Shown here one piece after another: positions 40,107-52,403 of a stretch of 64,000 nucleotides of DNA. The stretch comes from Lingula anatina (Eukaryota; Animalia; Brachiopoda). Within the stretch, counting starts at the first letter, position 1; each line of letters begins with the position of its first letter. Below the pieces are notes generated by a model, which was not told the origin of the DNA, did no database searches, and worked only from the letters and a program-made list of their open reading frames with translations. Where the stretch lies: contig CM120644.1 in the NCBI GenBank assembly GCA_051362555.1, positions 5,960,954-6,024,953 of the forward strand, read 5' to 3'. Position numbers and translations under genes: made by a program.

Positions 40107-41299
40107 TATGATGAAAAAAAAAAAAAAAAAAAAAATGAATCTAGTCTATATACATACTGTATTAATAGAGAGTCGCCACTACTTAAAAACTTATCAACTT
40201 GTTCTGGCCTTATCAATGATATCCAGTCATTGGATTTACGCCTGGGATTGAAGATAAAATTGAGCAGAGATACTGATGTGATAGTGTAGATTGCAAGGCG
40301 AGATTTATCAACAATAATTATCATCAGGACACGGTCATTTTATTTGATATCAAGGTAGTCTGATTGACTTTGTAAATATAGTTTAAAAAGCCATGTTTGT
40401 AGAAAGAAATGACCAATTTTGTTAGATCGAAAATTATAAAGTGACACCGTGCGCAGCGTGTGAAAGATTGGCGTATTGAAAGCGCTACCAATTCACTGTT
40501 TGTTGAAAAAGATATAGGGGTAGCGGGCGAGCGGTTCACTGAGCATCCTTAACAACAGCTTTACAACCTTGTCACGTAATCAGCAAAAAAGGGTAACTGT
40601 TTAACAATAACATGCCCCTTACTCTGTATGCATCCTTCTAAGATATACCAAATACTGAATAATATGATTATATTTGTGGCACCCGATGATTTCTACTCTC
40701 ACGATGTTCATCGTGTGTTGTTTTCCAATAGTTTCCCTGTTACAAAATGATGCCATTTATATTACTGTAAAAAAGAAAGATTTAAAATGGAAATATAGTT
40801 TAAAAGGAAATATAAAGAAAGTGGCGTGAGTGCTATTCTGTGTACTTTAAAATGTATTTAACAGTAAATGTTGAAGGTCATTTGTGGCACCCTAGGTTGT
40901 TTTGCCTCACAATGGTCATCGTGAGCTGTTTTCCACTCATTTAATTCCTACAATGTATTTAAGCATCTACCAGTATATCACAAAAATGAAGAAAAAAAAT
41001 GATAATATAATATAATATAATATAATATAATATAATATAATATAGATTATCGTCCAGGGTCTCTTCAAAGTTGGTACCATACAGTTAGATCACATTAAAC
41101 TTACACGATTGCCGATGAAACATTGAGTAAATCATGTAATCTAGTCTCCTTAATATTATCATTCAATCTATTACTTGTGACGCAATTTCTTATTCTAGTT
41201 GTCGACAATCAAGAGAAGCATCTTTCTTCCTTTGCTGATTTCATTTTAGAAGAATGAAACTTAAGTACGTTGTTTTAATCAACGCAGAAACAAAACAGT

Positions 41300-42438
41300 T
41301 TAATCAGCCAGTTTACCAAATAACACGTCGTATATGTTATTCGGGTCTTCGGTTAAAAAGAATTCTGTCCAAGCATGTGCAAATTCGTCAATGGATATTA
41401 AACCATCTTTGTTGGTGTCCATCACGTCAAATATTTTTTTCGACTCATCCACAGGGATGTGTAAGCCATAGAAAAAAGCTTTATGTTCTTCGTTGGAAAT
41501 GAGTCCATCGCCATCAATGTCCATGGCATCAAAATCCATTGATATCACCATGGGTAGAAAATCCTGTCGAAAGCTGTTTCGGTTGAACACCGGTGGAGCG
41601 GAGTTGATATATTCTTCTTCTGATACCTTAGAAGGATCTTCTGTACCCTTAGGAATAATTTCCCACATTGCAATACGCTGATTCAAAATATGTTGTGCTC
41701 TCTCATCTAAAAGAAACGCTTCAAGATATAGTATCCATTTGTATCCAATAAACGTAATTTATCGAGAAATACGTCATAATAGTTTTGCATAAAGACTGCA
41801 TTTGTACCTGTTCAATTTTCCGCGTATTTATTTAAGTTGAGAGCGAGGAAGTAAGAAAAGCGTATATTAAAACTTTTCTTGTAATTACGTTTCAACAATG
41901 CATTAATTGAAGTTGTTTGCACCAATTGAAGCCTACCCCAAATTCAAAGCATCTGTAGATGAATGTTTTAGTTTTAATCACAAGTGTATTTTTTATCATT
42001 TAGCCTACCATTAAGGTCCAAAAACTGGGCACAACGTCTTGCTGTAATAGCGTAGTCATCTTTTGTAATGTAGCCGTCAGAGTTTGCGTCCAAGCATCTG
42101 AAAGTGGTGCGCATCTTCCTCCTCCAGTGATGAGCTCCAGTCAGCAGTGGGTACTCCATTGGGTCCTGAAATGCACAAAAGTGATCTGAAAGGTCACAAA
42201 TGACACCAGTTGATGTAGTGTATATTTGGTATGAGGATTTTTGTCAACTTACCTTTTTAAACTGTATCGTTTGAATTGTAAGTGTCCGGACAGGTAATCT
42301 AAGATGATAAATTTTCGCAACTGGTTCATTTCGCACACCCTTCCCTACTGTCTTCCTAACCGGTAAAACCCTTGTTAAGCCATGACAGGTTTGGGCAATC
42401 TTCAGCAATCCTCTACTAGCCTGGAAAACCTTAGACAT
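41300..42438 (-). CDS. EF-hand SCP-like gene 10; exons 42438-42253, 42165-42009, 41706-41300; 249 aa
   Basis: Intact ORF with an 87-nt intron 1 (AAG|gtaagt). Loops DANSDGYITKDD, DIDGDGLISNEE, DTNKDGLISIDE. Confidence 0.9.
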
Positions 42439-42500
42439 GTTGGCCGACGTAAAATGTATACATTTTATCCAGTAAATGTCCTTCTTTCTTAAAGTACATT

Positions 42501-42612
42501 TCCAGCAAAAACGTCACGTTCGGATCACGTGGCTAGCACGTTGCTACCGAACCACATTATAACGTCATAGCAACGTGCTGGCCACGTGATCCAAACGTGA
42601 GTGTTTGCTGGG
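42501..42612. mobile_element. ~112-bp palindromic MITE just upstream of the gene 10 start codon
   Basis: CCAGCAAA..TCACGTTCGGATCACGTGGCTAGCACGTTGCTA is inverted at the other end (TAGCAACGTGCTGGCCACGTGATCCAAACGTGA..TTTGCTGG). Confidence 0.7.
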
Positions 42613-43308
42613 TTTATTGTTGAAAGGAAATTCAACCCTTGCATATTCAAGTTGATACCTTGTATAATGTAGAGTGAACGTGAGACGACTAACAATAATG
42701 CATTTTATTAGGCAAAGCAAATCTTATACACTGAATACTGAGCGCAACCGAACATAATTGATTTTGAATAAATTATTATTATTATTATTATTGTATTTAA
42801 ACCCAATAAGAAAAAATACACAAGTTAAAGTTTTGGAAAAGTCTCGTGTTTTAAATAAATAAAATATAAATTCATTCCGACCCTGTTTACAGAGAGAAGT
42901 CGCTCGTTAAACGACATAAAAATTTGTCAGGCCTTACTTGTCGGCATTCAGTGATCCAAAGAGTGAAGTTTGAGGTTAACAGAGAATGTATATTTTGGGA
43001 AGCATACTGTTTAACAAGGGTGCAAACTCCTGCGCAACAAAAGAAATGAATACATGAAACCATACTTTTATCCAGTTTTAGTGCATATCATATTATAGTC
43101 CTATGTTGAATGCAACCAACAAATCCGTTGTCAGGCGATCTGACTCCACCAAAGTCATTGACTGTGTATTATAATTAATATGATGATTGTGATAAGGTTT
43201 ATTGTATTTTTTTCTTTCTTTGCATGGCACATCAATCCAAGACATGGGACACGGGGATGTTTAAGGAAGCAAACGTGTCCCTCCTTCCATTTTAGTACTA
43301 CTACATGT

Positions 43309-43310
43309 AT

Positions 43311-43390
<80 letters not shown>
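43309..43390. repeat. Compound (ACT)n(AAT)n microsatellite
   Basis: Read directly. (AAT)n also at 45148-45207. Confidence 0.9.
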
Positions 43391-43393
<3 letters not shown>

Positions 43394-43548
43394 TAAAACA
43401 GCACGCAAGGCCAACATTGCAAGGTCAACATTGCAAGCCAGTCTGTTGATTATCAATAAAAACACTTTTCATACAACACATTTCTGTTTAAAAAGGTTTA
43501 ATATGAAGACTGCATCGTAAATCGTTTATCAAAGGAGTAGCAGTTGCT

Positions 43549-43615
43549 TTAATCAGCAAATGGATCGAAAACCCATTTGTATACATTGTTTGTGGCCTTG
43601 GTTAGGGGGGAATTC
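43549..43615 (-). pseudogene. Degenerate 3'-end fragment of a further SCP-like copy
   Basis: Minus strand reads EF-(frameshift)-LTKATNNVYKWVFDPFAD*, compared with the paralog EFFLTEDPNNIYDVLFGKLAD*. Confidence 0.6.
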
Positions 43616-43661
43616 AGGCTGAGTGGTTATAATTTGACATGCCTGCTCGCTTAATATTTTG

Positions 43662-44945
43662 TTAATCAGCCAGTGGACCAAAAAAAACGCTATATGCGTT
43701 ATCTTGGTCCTCGGTTAACAAGAATTCCGTCATGGCATGTGCAAATTCGTCAATGGTTATCAAGCCATCTTTGTCGATGTCCATAACGTCAAATATTTTC
43801 TTCGACATTTCCACGGGGATGTTTAAGCTGTAGAAAAAAGCCTTGTGCTCTTCATGGGAAATGATTCCATCTCCATCAATGTCCATGGCATTAAAATCCT
43901 CAGTTATCACCATGGGGAGAAACTCCTGTCGGAAGCTGTGTTGGTTAAACACCGTTAGTCCACCATTAACGTAGTCGTCCTCTGATATTTTAGAAGCATC
44001 TGCGCCCTTAGGAATAATTCCCCAGATTCGAGTGCGTTGGTTGAGAACACACTGTGTTCTTTCATCTAAAAGAAGCGAAGGGTTATTTCAGATTGATGTT
44101 GGAAGTTCTTGGAACCAAATGTAAACACCCGTAGTTTTCATTAAATTCACGCTAAGTCGGCAATAATTTTTTCACGAGTGTATTATATCGTGATTTAAAA
44201 ATGTAAGAGTGCGTGGAAGAGAGAGCGAGAGAGAGAGATGAAAAGCAATATAACATATAGCAAACTTATAACAGATCAGTGTATTCCTTTTTTATAATAT
44301 TAATTCAATAGTTAAACTAATTAACCCACCGTTAAGGCCCAAATACTGGGCACAGCGTTTCGCACTTATCACGAAGTCTTCTTTTGAAACGTAGCCGTCA
44401 CCGTTTGTGTCGAAACATCTGAACGTCGTACGTAACTTCCGTCTCCAGTGATCAGACCCAGTCACCGGCGGGTAGTCCAATGGAGCCTGAGATGTGCACA
44501 AGTACAAGGAAATTGGATTTAGAAAATAGAAAAAAAAGTCATATATAGAAATTAACTGAAGAAAATAGTGGAACGAATTAGCGCGTGGGAATGATTTAAG
44601 AGATTAGAAATAAGTCTCAGTAAGCCCTTACGTTCAAAATTTAATTCAATGATTGTAGTCAGAACATGTAAGATTTTTTAAATCTGAAATATTAGGAGCA
44701 CTATAGTGATTCCGGTACATGTCTGTAACATCGATTTATATATGGAATAGGACTGTTTCTATCTTTACCTTTTTGAACTGTATCGCTCGATGTTTTACTC
44801 CTCTGACGGGTAAACTAAGTGGAGAAAATTTGGGATCGAGTCCATGTTGCACATCCTTCCAAAGTGCCCGGTTAACTGGCATGTCCCTTACTAAGCCGCG
44901 GCATGCTCGGATAACATTTGGTAATCTTCTACTAACCCCTGACAT
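43662..44945 (-). CDS. EF-hand SCP-like gene 11; exons 44945-44769, 44486-44330, 44065-43662; 245 aa
   Basis: Intact ORF. Leader MSGVSRRLPNVIRACRG...PVRGVKHRAIQFKK. Loops DTNGDGYVSKED, DIDGDGIISHEE, DIDKDGLITIDE. Confidence 0.88.
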
Positions 44946-45149
44946 GTTGCCCACCGTAAAAATAGATATACCAGTTAGCTAGAAAATCACCATTTGCTTT
45001 AACATGTATTCAATGTTATACAGAGCATTCGCCGTGTTATATTCAAAAGTGAACGTGAGACGAATGACAATTATGTAATCTACTACTCCATTACACCAGA
45101 CAAAACTAATACTCTGATCACACAGCGAGACCCGCTCTAATTGTGAATA

Positions 45150-45207
<58 letters not shown>

Positions 45208-46289
45208 TTATCATCATCATCATCATTATTATTAATGCATTTTCACATTGAAGAAAAAAATGCAATGGGTACTGTTTTTGAAAATTAAATTAAAATCCCC
45301 CCCCAGCAAAAAAAAAAAAAAAAAAAAAAAAAACATTTAAAAATAAGAACCAACTTTTAAATACAACACAGACATATTCCAGCTCTTATTACAGAGAGTC
45401 GGAGCTCGTTTAACAAGTTATCTGACCTTATTTGAGGGTATTCAGTGATCCAAAGAGTGAAGGTGGCGGTTAGCAGGGAAACTTGTTTCATGTTGACAAG
45501 CTTATGACAGGGGTGCATAAATTCCTGCATAACCAAAGCAGGGTCACCTAGGAAGGCTTGCTGAATACCATAGCTGCACCACAGTTTCATATACATGTAG
45601 CTCAAGAAAACCGACCTTTCCCCCTACGGAATCAAATCAAATAACTTCCCATACTTATAGCACGATTGCAGCAATTGTGCTGCTTGCTCAACTACCACAT
45701 GAAATGCAAACAACTAGTAGTACAGTAGTAGTGTATTTTGTACTGGTGTTAAAACAACTACGTCAATAGAAGATTCATATCGCAGTAATATAAGGTTAAT
45801 GATGTATGGTTGAAAAACTGAGCAATGTATCCCCTTATTAGTTCAAGGAAATTTAGCCTTTTAATTCAACTATATCAAGAACTGTCAATTTTTTTTCAAA
45901 TAGTAGACGTCCGCTGGTAGATATTTGAAAATACGCGCGACCAATTAGTTCAATTACTAGCTAGAAAAGTTAAGATAGTGGCATCCTTTGCCTTCGTCAA
46001 GATCAGAGTTCATCACTTCACACTAATCTGATGCATCTTTATCCACTGTTTAGTACTCCAAAATTAGTCTTCCTTAAACAGCGAGCACTTGCTGCAGGCA
46101 ATTGGTTCGCATTAATTGGAAGCCCTGGCGATCATGGCGGTCAGAAAGTTAGTAAAAATTTTTTGGAATAAAATAGTTTAAATAATTGTCAATTCAAGAT
46201 AAACGATATGTGATTCGGTTATATCTATCCCAAATCATAATTCTATAATGCATGTGAAGACCCTTCAGCGACCCATCAATGGGACCATT

Positions 46290-46440
46290 CCCACAGATAT
46301 TTGGATCGATCTATCGCCCTGGGGAGTCTCACTAAATTGCTATCAACTTAACCGGCTTAAATGCCCGTCACGCCTAGTAAAGCTGTTAGGGGGTAATTAC
46401 CCTTTACCCCTAGCTGATTCGGTAGGCGTGACAGACATGC
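46290..46440. repeat. Dispersed repeat family (GATCGATCTA...CTAAATTGC...GGCTTA)
   Basis: Related copies at ~21985-22030, 25465-25580 (inverted), 35740-36000, 60265-60355 and 62805-62925 (inverted). Confidence 0.55.
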
Positions 46441-46644
46441 GTTTCCATCTCCTGACGGATAAACCTTTTCAATTATTTTTATTCAATATTGTTCCAATTT
46501 TCTTACTTTGTTCATATAATGATTTGAAAAATCAGACACATTATTCTTATAAATACAAAGTTTTTCCAGGTACCGAAAGCCTTGGTGAACCACCTTCTAA
46601 ACAATTTTCTAATCTCTATCTACCCCTCTCTCTCTCTCTCTCTC

Positions 46645-46682
<38 letters not shown>

Positions 46683-48106
46683 CTGCGCACGCGTGTTCCT
46701 CTATCTCATTCTTTTTGTCTGCCTCGATCGAGGCAAAAGTGCCAAATGCACGTTACGAAAGTGCCAAATTCACTGTTGTTAAAGGAACTACGTAAATAGA
46801 AGCTTCATATCGCAATGGTGTAAGAGTTAACTGCCCTATAAGATTAATGATCTATGATTGAAAGATGAACAATGTGTACTCTTATTAGTTCAAGCAAATT
46901 TAGCTTTTAAATTAAACTATACCAAAAACTATCAAATTATTTCAAATAGTAGACGTTTGATGGTAGGTGGTATAAAATACGTGCGGCCAATTAGTTCAAT
47001 TACTACCTACAAAAGTTAAAATAGTGCCATTGTTTGCCCTCCTCATGATCAAACTTCATCATTTCATATTAATTCGATGCATCTTTATCCACTGTTTATT
47101 ACTCCAAAATGAATCTTCCTCTGGGCAGCGAGTATTTCCTGCAGGCACTTGGTTCTAATTGGTCAAATAATAGTCTAATAATAATAGTCTAATAATAGTT
47201 CTAATAATAGTCAATTCAAGATAAATGGCGTGTGGTTCGGTTATATCTACACTAAATCATAAATCTAGGCCTCGGATAAACATGTCAATTTAAAAAAAAA
47301 CGTTTCGACAAACGTGTCTATAAAGTTAAGCCAAAGAAACCACTGTAAAGCCTGTTTCAACTTCTGACTGTAAACTCAAATAGCGTCATTGATTTGATAC
47401 ATTATCTCACCTTGATTAGCAGTAATTGATACTTTAATTGCCAATGATTCATCTTCTTTCATGTTGACCTAAAAAGTAAAATAAAATATAGGAATATTGT
47501 GCTGATCGGCTAACGATTATTTATTATTTTTTTACGTTGATTTTAACTTTCTTGTTTTTCACAAGAAACTACGAAGTGCTAATTGAGATTACAATATGGA
47601 ACGTAATAAATAAATAGACATAAAATATAATATATTTATGATTTTGATAAAAGCCGCGATAGCTTTATAATAAAGATAAGCAGCAGGAATTGGGAAGAGT
47701 ATTTGTAGTTGTGCATATTAGTGCAGTAACTAGCATTTGCTAAGCTAGTAACTTGCTTGTACAATGCCAGATATAATAATATATGTATATTTTTGTAAAA
47801 ACCGCGACAGCTTCATAATGAAGATAAGTGGCAGAAATTAGATTAGTGTGGTTACTAACATTGGTTAAGCTAGTAACTTGCTTGTACAATGCCATTTTAT
47901 TTGTCATTTATACTGGTAGTTCATTATACAAGAAAGTGTATAAGTAAAACGCCTCTATTATGCAATTCTAATAATCTTGTTGATTCTCATTGTGTTAAAA
48001 CCCTCTTTTTCCTTCCCTCTATCCATTCATTCATCCATCCATCCACCCACCCATGTCTCCTCTCAATCACGCATACACAACACACAATATCAGCACAAAC
48101 AACAAA

Positions 48107-48147
<41 letters not shown>

Positions 48148-48251
48148 CGGTCACACATAAAAACACACAATAAGTGGAGATTCCTTTGCATGCTGCAATC
48201 ACGTATATGGGTTTAGGGGCAATTCCAGGTAAACTGAAACAGCGAATATGT

Positions 48252-48333
48252 GACAAGGTGGCCGAGTGGTTAAGGCGATGGACTGCTAATCCATTGGGGT
48301 CTCCCCGCGTGAGTTCGAATCTCATCCTTGTCG
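48252..48333 (+). tRNA. tRNA-Ser (anticodon GCT)
   Basis: 82 nt. Acceptor stem GACAAGG/CCTTGTC, anticodon arm ATGGA-CTGCTAA-TCCAT, long variable arm, GTTCGAATC, downstream T-run. Confidence 0.95.
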
Positions 48334-48907
48334 AATACGATTTTGGTAAAATAATTAATCAAATATTATAGAAGTTCCGTTAACGAGTCCAATAAGGGTG
48401 GTCCTGTTCATCTTGTTTACATTTCACGCAGTTTAATCATTTAGCTATGAAGATTCTATTTTGAAACATATCGTTATTTCAGCTATATAATTACTCTGGT
48501 TGTGACATCTATGAAGCACATACAAACACTCTTGTATGCACCTGCACACACATGTACACACACAGACACACACACACACGCACGCACGCGCTCACAAACA
48601 CATTGTACCGACAAAAAAGCTAAAAAAATAAAAAAAAAAAAAAAACAGATTGCATGTGAACACCCTTCAGCGACCCATCAATGTCTTAATCAGTGTAAAG
48701 AGGCCTCATAGTTAGGAGGCCTCAAAACCACAACTCGGTCAAGAACTTGCCACGGGTGAAGTGTAATGCACATTGAGCCGCAATGGTATGGAACATTTGT
48801 CGTGATTCTGATTTATACCTCGGCTTCGAGTGTGGTAGTTAAGAATTTTTTTTGTAAAAAATGGTATGTCTTTTGCTACGAAATAGCCGACGAATACGAA
48901 TTTCGTT

Positions 48908-48944
<37 letters not shown>

Positions 48945-50221
48945 GGGGCGTGGGGAGGGGAGAGAGTGGAGAAAGAGAAGGGTTAATGAGACGGAGGAAA
49001 GGCCTATTTGGGGATGAGTGCGCTCCCTTTGTGTGCCTGCTTGGGTGTGTCTTTTTTCTCTACCTCCAGAGAGGGAAAGAGAATAAGAACTACGTAAATA
49101 GAAGCTTCATAACGCAGTTATATAAGGGTTAACTGCCCTATAAGATTAATAATTTGTTGTTGAAAATAAATTTTACAAATGCTTATTAGTTCAAGCAAAT
49201 TAGGCCTTTTCATTTAACTATACCAAGAACTACCAAATTATTTCAAATAGTAGACGTTCGATGATAAATATCATAAAATACGTTCGACTAAATTAGTCCA
49301 ATTACTATGAAGAAAAGATAAATTGCGGCATTAAGTGCCCTCTTCGAGACCAAAGTTGAACACTTCACATTAATTCGATGCATCTTTATCCACTGTTCAT
49401 TACTCCAAAATGAGTCTTCCCCTGGGCAGAGTGCATTTCCTGCAGGCACTTGGCTCTAATTAGTTTAAATGATAGTCAATTCAAGATAAATGACGTGTGG
49501 TCGTTTATATCTCTACTTATCATAAATCAAGGCCTCGGATAAACATGACAATTAAAAAAAAAAACGCTTCCACCAACGTGTCTTAAATGGTAAGCCAAAG
49601 AAACCACTGTAAAGGTTTCAACCACCGTCTGTAAACTCTAGTAGCGTTATTGATTTGATACAATATCTCACCTTGATTAGCAGTAATTGATACTTTAATT
49701 GTCAATTATTCATCTTCTTCCATGTTGACATACATATAAAACAGAATAAATATCGGAATACTGAGCTGTTCGACTGACGATTTTTGTCTATTTTTTTCAC
49801 GCTGATTTGAATTTTGACTGTTAAACCCGAACTACGAAGTGTTATCTGCGGTAATAACATCGTACGTAATAAATAAATATATATATAAATGAAAAAGTGT
49901 GTGATTTTAATAAAAACCGCGATAGCTTTATAATAAAGTTAAGTGGCAGAAATTGGAAAGAGTATTTGTAGTTGTGTAGATAAGTGCAATTACTAGCATT
50001 TGTGAAACTAGTAACTTGCATATATATATATATCGCGTACCATTAACATACCTTCAGCACCATCATTTTTTACAAGAAAAGAACAAATGACCATTCCACT
50101 TTCTCTCTTTTCTCTCTCTTTTTCTATCCCTCTATCTATCCATCCATCCATCCATGTCTCCTCTCAATCACACACATACATGCGCACAACACACAGACAC
50201 AGACCCAAACACGCCCAGAAT

Positions 50222-50314
50222 CACACACACACACGCACACACACACACACACACACGCGCACACACACACACACACGCACACGCACACACACACACACGC
50301 ACACACACACACAC

Positions 50315-50355
<41 letters not shown>

Positions 50356-50360
50356 CACAC
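50222..50360. repeat. (CA)n/(CACG) microsatellite
   Basis: Read directly. It produces the spurious HT/CV ORFs. Confidence 0.9.
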
Positions 50361-50447
50361 GATGTGTCAGTTGAGATTTCTTCGCATGTTGCAATCACGC
50401 ATATGGGTTTTGGGCCAAATCCGGGGACACTGGTACAATGAATATGT

Positions 50448-50529
50448 GACAAGGTGGCCGAGTGGTTAAGGCGATGGACTGCTAATCCATTGGGGTCTCC
50501 CCGCGTGAGTTCGAATCTCATCCTTGTCG
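50448..50529 (+). tRNA. tRNA-Ser (anticodon GCT)
   Basis: Identical to the 48252 copy and followed by TTTT. Confidence 0.95.
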
Positions 50530-51083
50530 AATACAATTTTGGCAAAATAATTAATAAGATATAATGCAAATTCCGTTTACGAGTCCATTTAGGATGGTCC
50601 TGTTTATCTTGTTTACATTTCATGCAGTTTTATAACTTAGCTAAGAATATTCTGTTTTGAAACGTCATTACTCAACTATAAAAAACTGGTTATGAAATCA
50701 ATGAAACGTGCACATACAAACACTCTTGTATGCACCTGCACGCGCACACGCACAGACAGATACACACGCACTCGTGCACGTACACAATGCACTTACATAA
50801 AAACTAACTAACTTGAGAAAAACAGAATGCATGTGAACACCCATCAGCGACCCATCAATGTCTTAATCAGTGTTAAGAAGCCTCATAGTTAGGAGGCCTC
50901 AAAACCACAACTCGGTCAAGAACTTGCCTCGGGTGAAGTATAATGCACATTGAGCCGCAATGGTATGATAATTTGTCGTGATTCTGATTTATACCTCGGC
51001 TTCGAGTGTGGTAGTTTAGAATTTTTTGTAAAATAATGGTATGTGTTTGGCTACGTGGTAGTCGACGGATACGAATGTCGTTC

Positions 51084-51125
<42 letters not shown>

Positions 51126-51730
51126 GGAAGGGGAGAGAGTATAGAAAGAGAAGGGTTAAAGAGACAGAGAAAAGGCCTTGGGTGAGTGGGCACGTGCGTG
51201 TGCGTGTGAGAAAGAGAGAGAGGGGGAGGTCAGATTGGAGGAACGACAGAGCCACAAAGAATGGTTATGGAAGCCTAATTGCTTCCAAACTACGTAACGT
51301 GTGACGCTAATATTGTCGCCTTCACTGCAGTTCTTAAGCATCCCCAGCGCACTTAGTCATGTAATAAAGTCAACTTTAACAATATACGCCAAAGATAATG
51401 ATAAGATGCCACTTGGTTCGTTTTCACTGGAGAGCGCAAATTAAGGGTGACTAAGCCGCATCTCAGTTTCATCAAAACAAATCAGTGTGAATCACGGAAT
51501 TCCTGAAAAATAATGTCCAACCCCAGATCCCCCCTCCTATTATAATTAACACCTAGGACTAAGATGCTTATAAGGAGACATGATATTTTTTAACTCCGAG
51601 AGACCTCTAAGCTGAATCTATAATAATGCCTCGCGACTGAAAACTATACAAATCCTAGCCTTTAAATTCTGAAGCTCATCTGATAATTCTTCAAATGAGA
51701 TAGGGCCTACATCTGCGATTGGTGTGCTAA

Positions 51731-51987
51731 GGCTTCGTTCACATGCAATGTCTATTTTCTAAATTCTATTTTCTATTTGCGGCATGTCTTATGATCACGG
51801 TCTGTGCACTGAATATCCCGCCGCGTAATTACTGGCAGCGCGAGCCAGTTACTATAAGTTACTATAAGTAACTGGCTCGCGCTGCCAGTAATTACGCGGC
51901 GGGATATTCAGTGCACAGACCGTGATCATAAGATAGCGCGAATAGAAAATAGAATTTAGAAAATAGACATTGCATGTGAACGAAGCC
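51731..51987. mobile_element. PIF/Harbinger-type palindromic MITE (257 bp)
   Basis: Near-perfect ~120-bp inverted arms starting GGCTTCGTTCACATGC, with a 3-bp TAA TSD. Confidence 0.85.
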
Positions 51988-52229
51988 TAATTGTCGGTTC
52001 CATAATCATGCTTACCCGGTCTCTATAGAAATAAACATCCAGCAGAAGTGAAACAAGAACTGCATGTACAATTATTAGTACATGTAACCTCCGATATAAT
52101 CAAAGTGAGCACAAGTCATTTTGTTATAGGGTGTTCCTGACTCCACCATTTAGTCATTTCAGTGTTGATACCACAAGTACCAGCGCCAAGCGATCACTCT
52201 AATAATTCCAATAATATTTTCCGGGGGAC

Positions 52230-52403
52230 CGGTAGCGCAAATGAACTCTTACAAGTTGGTCTCCATCATGCTTGTATGCATTTTGGTCTATTTCAAATGT
52301 ATACAAGCGTATGGAGACCAACTTTTAAGAGTTCTTTTGCGCTACCGAACTCTTAGAAGTTGGTCTCCATTACGCTTGAATGCAATTTGGTCTATTTCAA
52401 ATG
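52230..52403. repeat. ~118-bp hairpin plus a direct repeat of its left arm
   Basis: CGGTAGCGCAAATGAACTCTTACAAGTTGGTCTCCAT pairs with ATGGAGACCAACTTTTAAGAGTTCTTTTGCGCTACCG. The arm is repeated at 52348-52403. Confidence 0.7.

Larger units (their letters stand above)
18580..40370. repeat. Higher-order segmental duplication of a three-gene unit (genes 4-5-6 vs 7-8-9)
   Basis: Gene subtype order A-B-C is repeated. Introns and spacers match pairwise (e.g. 27900-28090 vs 40190-40370; gene 5 vs 8 introns; gene 6 vs 9 introns). Confidence 0.85.
46786..51235 (+). repeat. Tandem duplication of a ~2.2-2.3 kb unit, each carrying one tRNA-Ser; partial third unit at 45756-46285
   Basis: Unit start AACTACGTAAATAGAAGCTTCAT at 46786 and 49088, similar at 45756. 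Shared downstream blocks at ~48650 and ~50826. Confidence 0.85.

Noticed and set aside
7679-44945. Calling the array aequorin/obelin-type photoproteins
   Set aside because: The C-terminal His-Trp-Tyr triad and terminal Pro of hydrozoan photoproteins are absent, so only superfamily-level similarity is supported.
50087-50623. ORFs rich in HT/CV/YI/ER repeats (also 5745, 18355-18995, 28105-28525, 46248, 47889-49132, 50873)
   Set aside because: They are translations of microsatellites or the antisense of tRNA genes.
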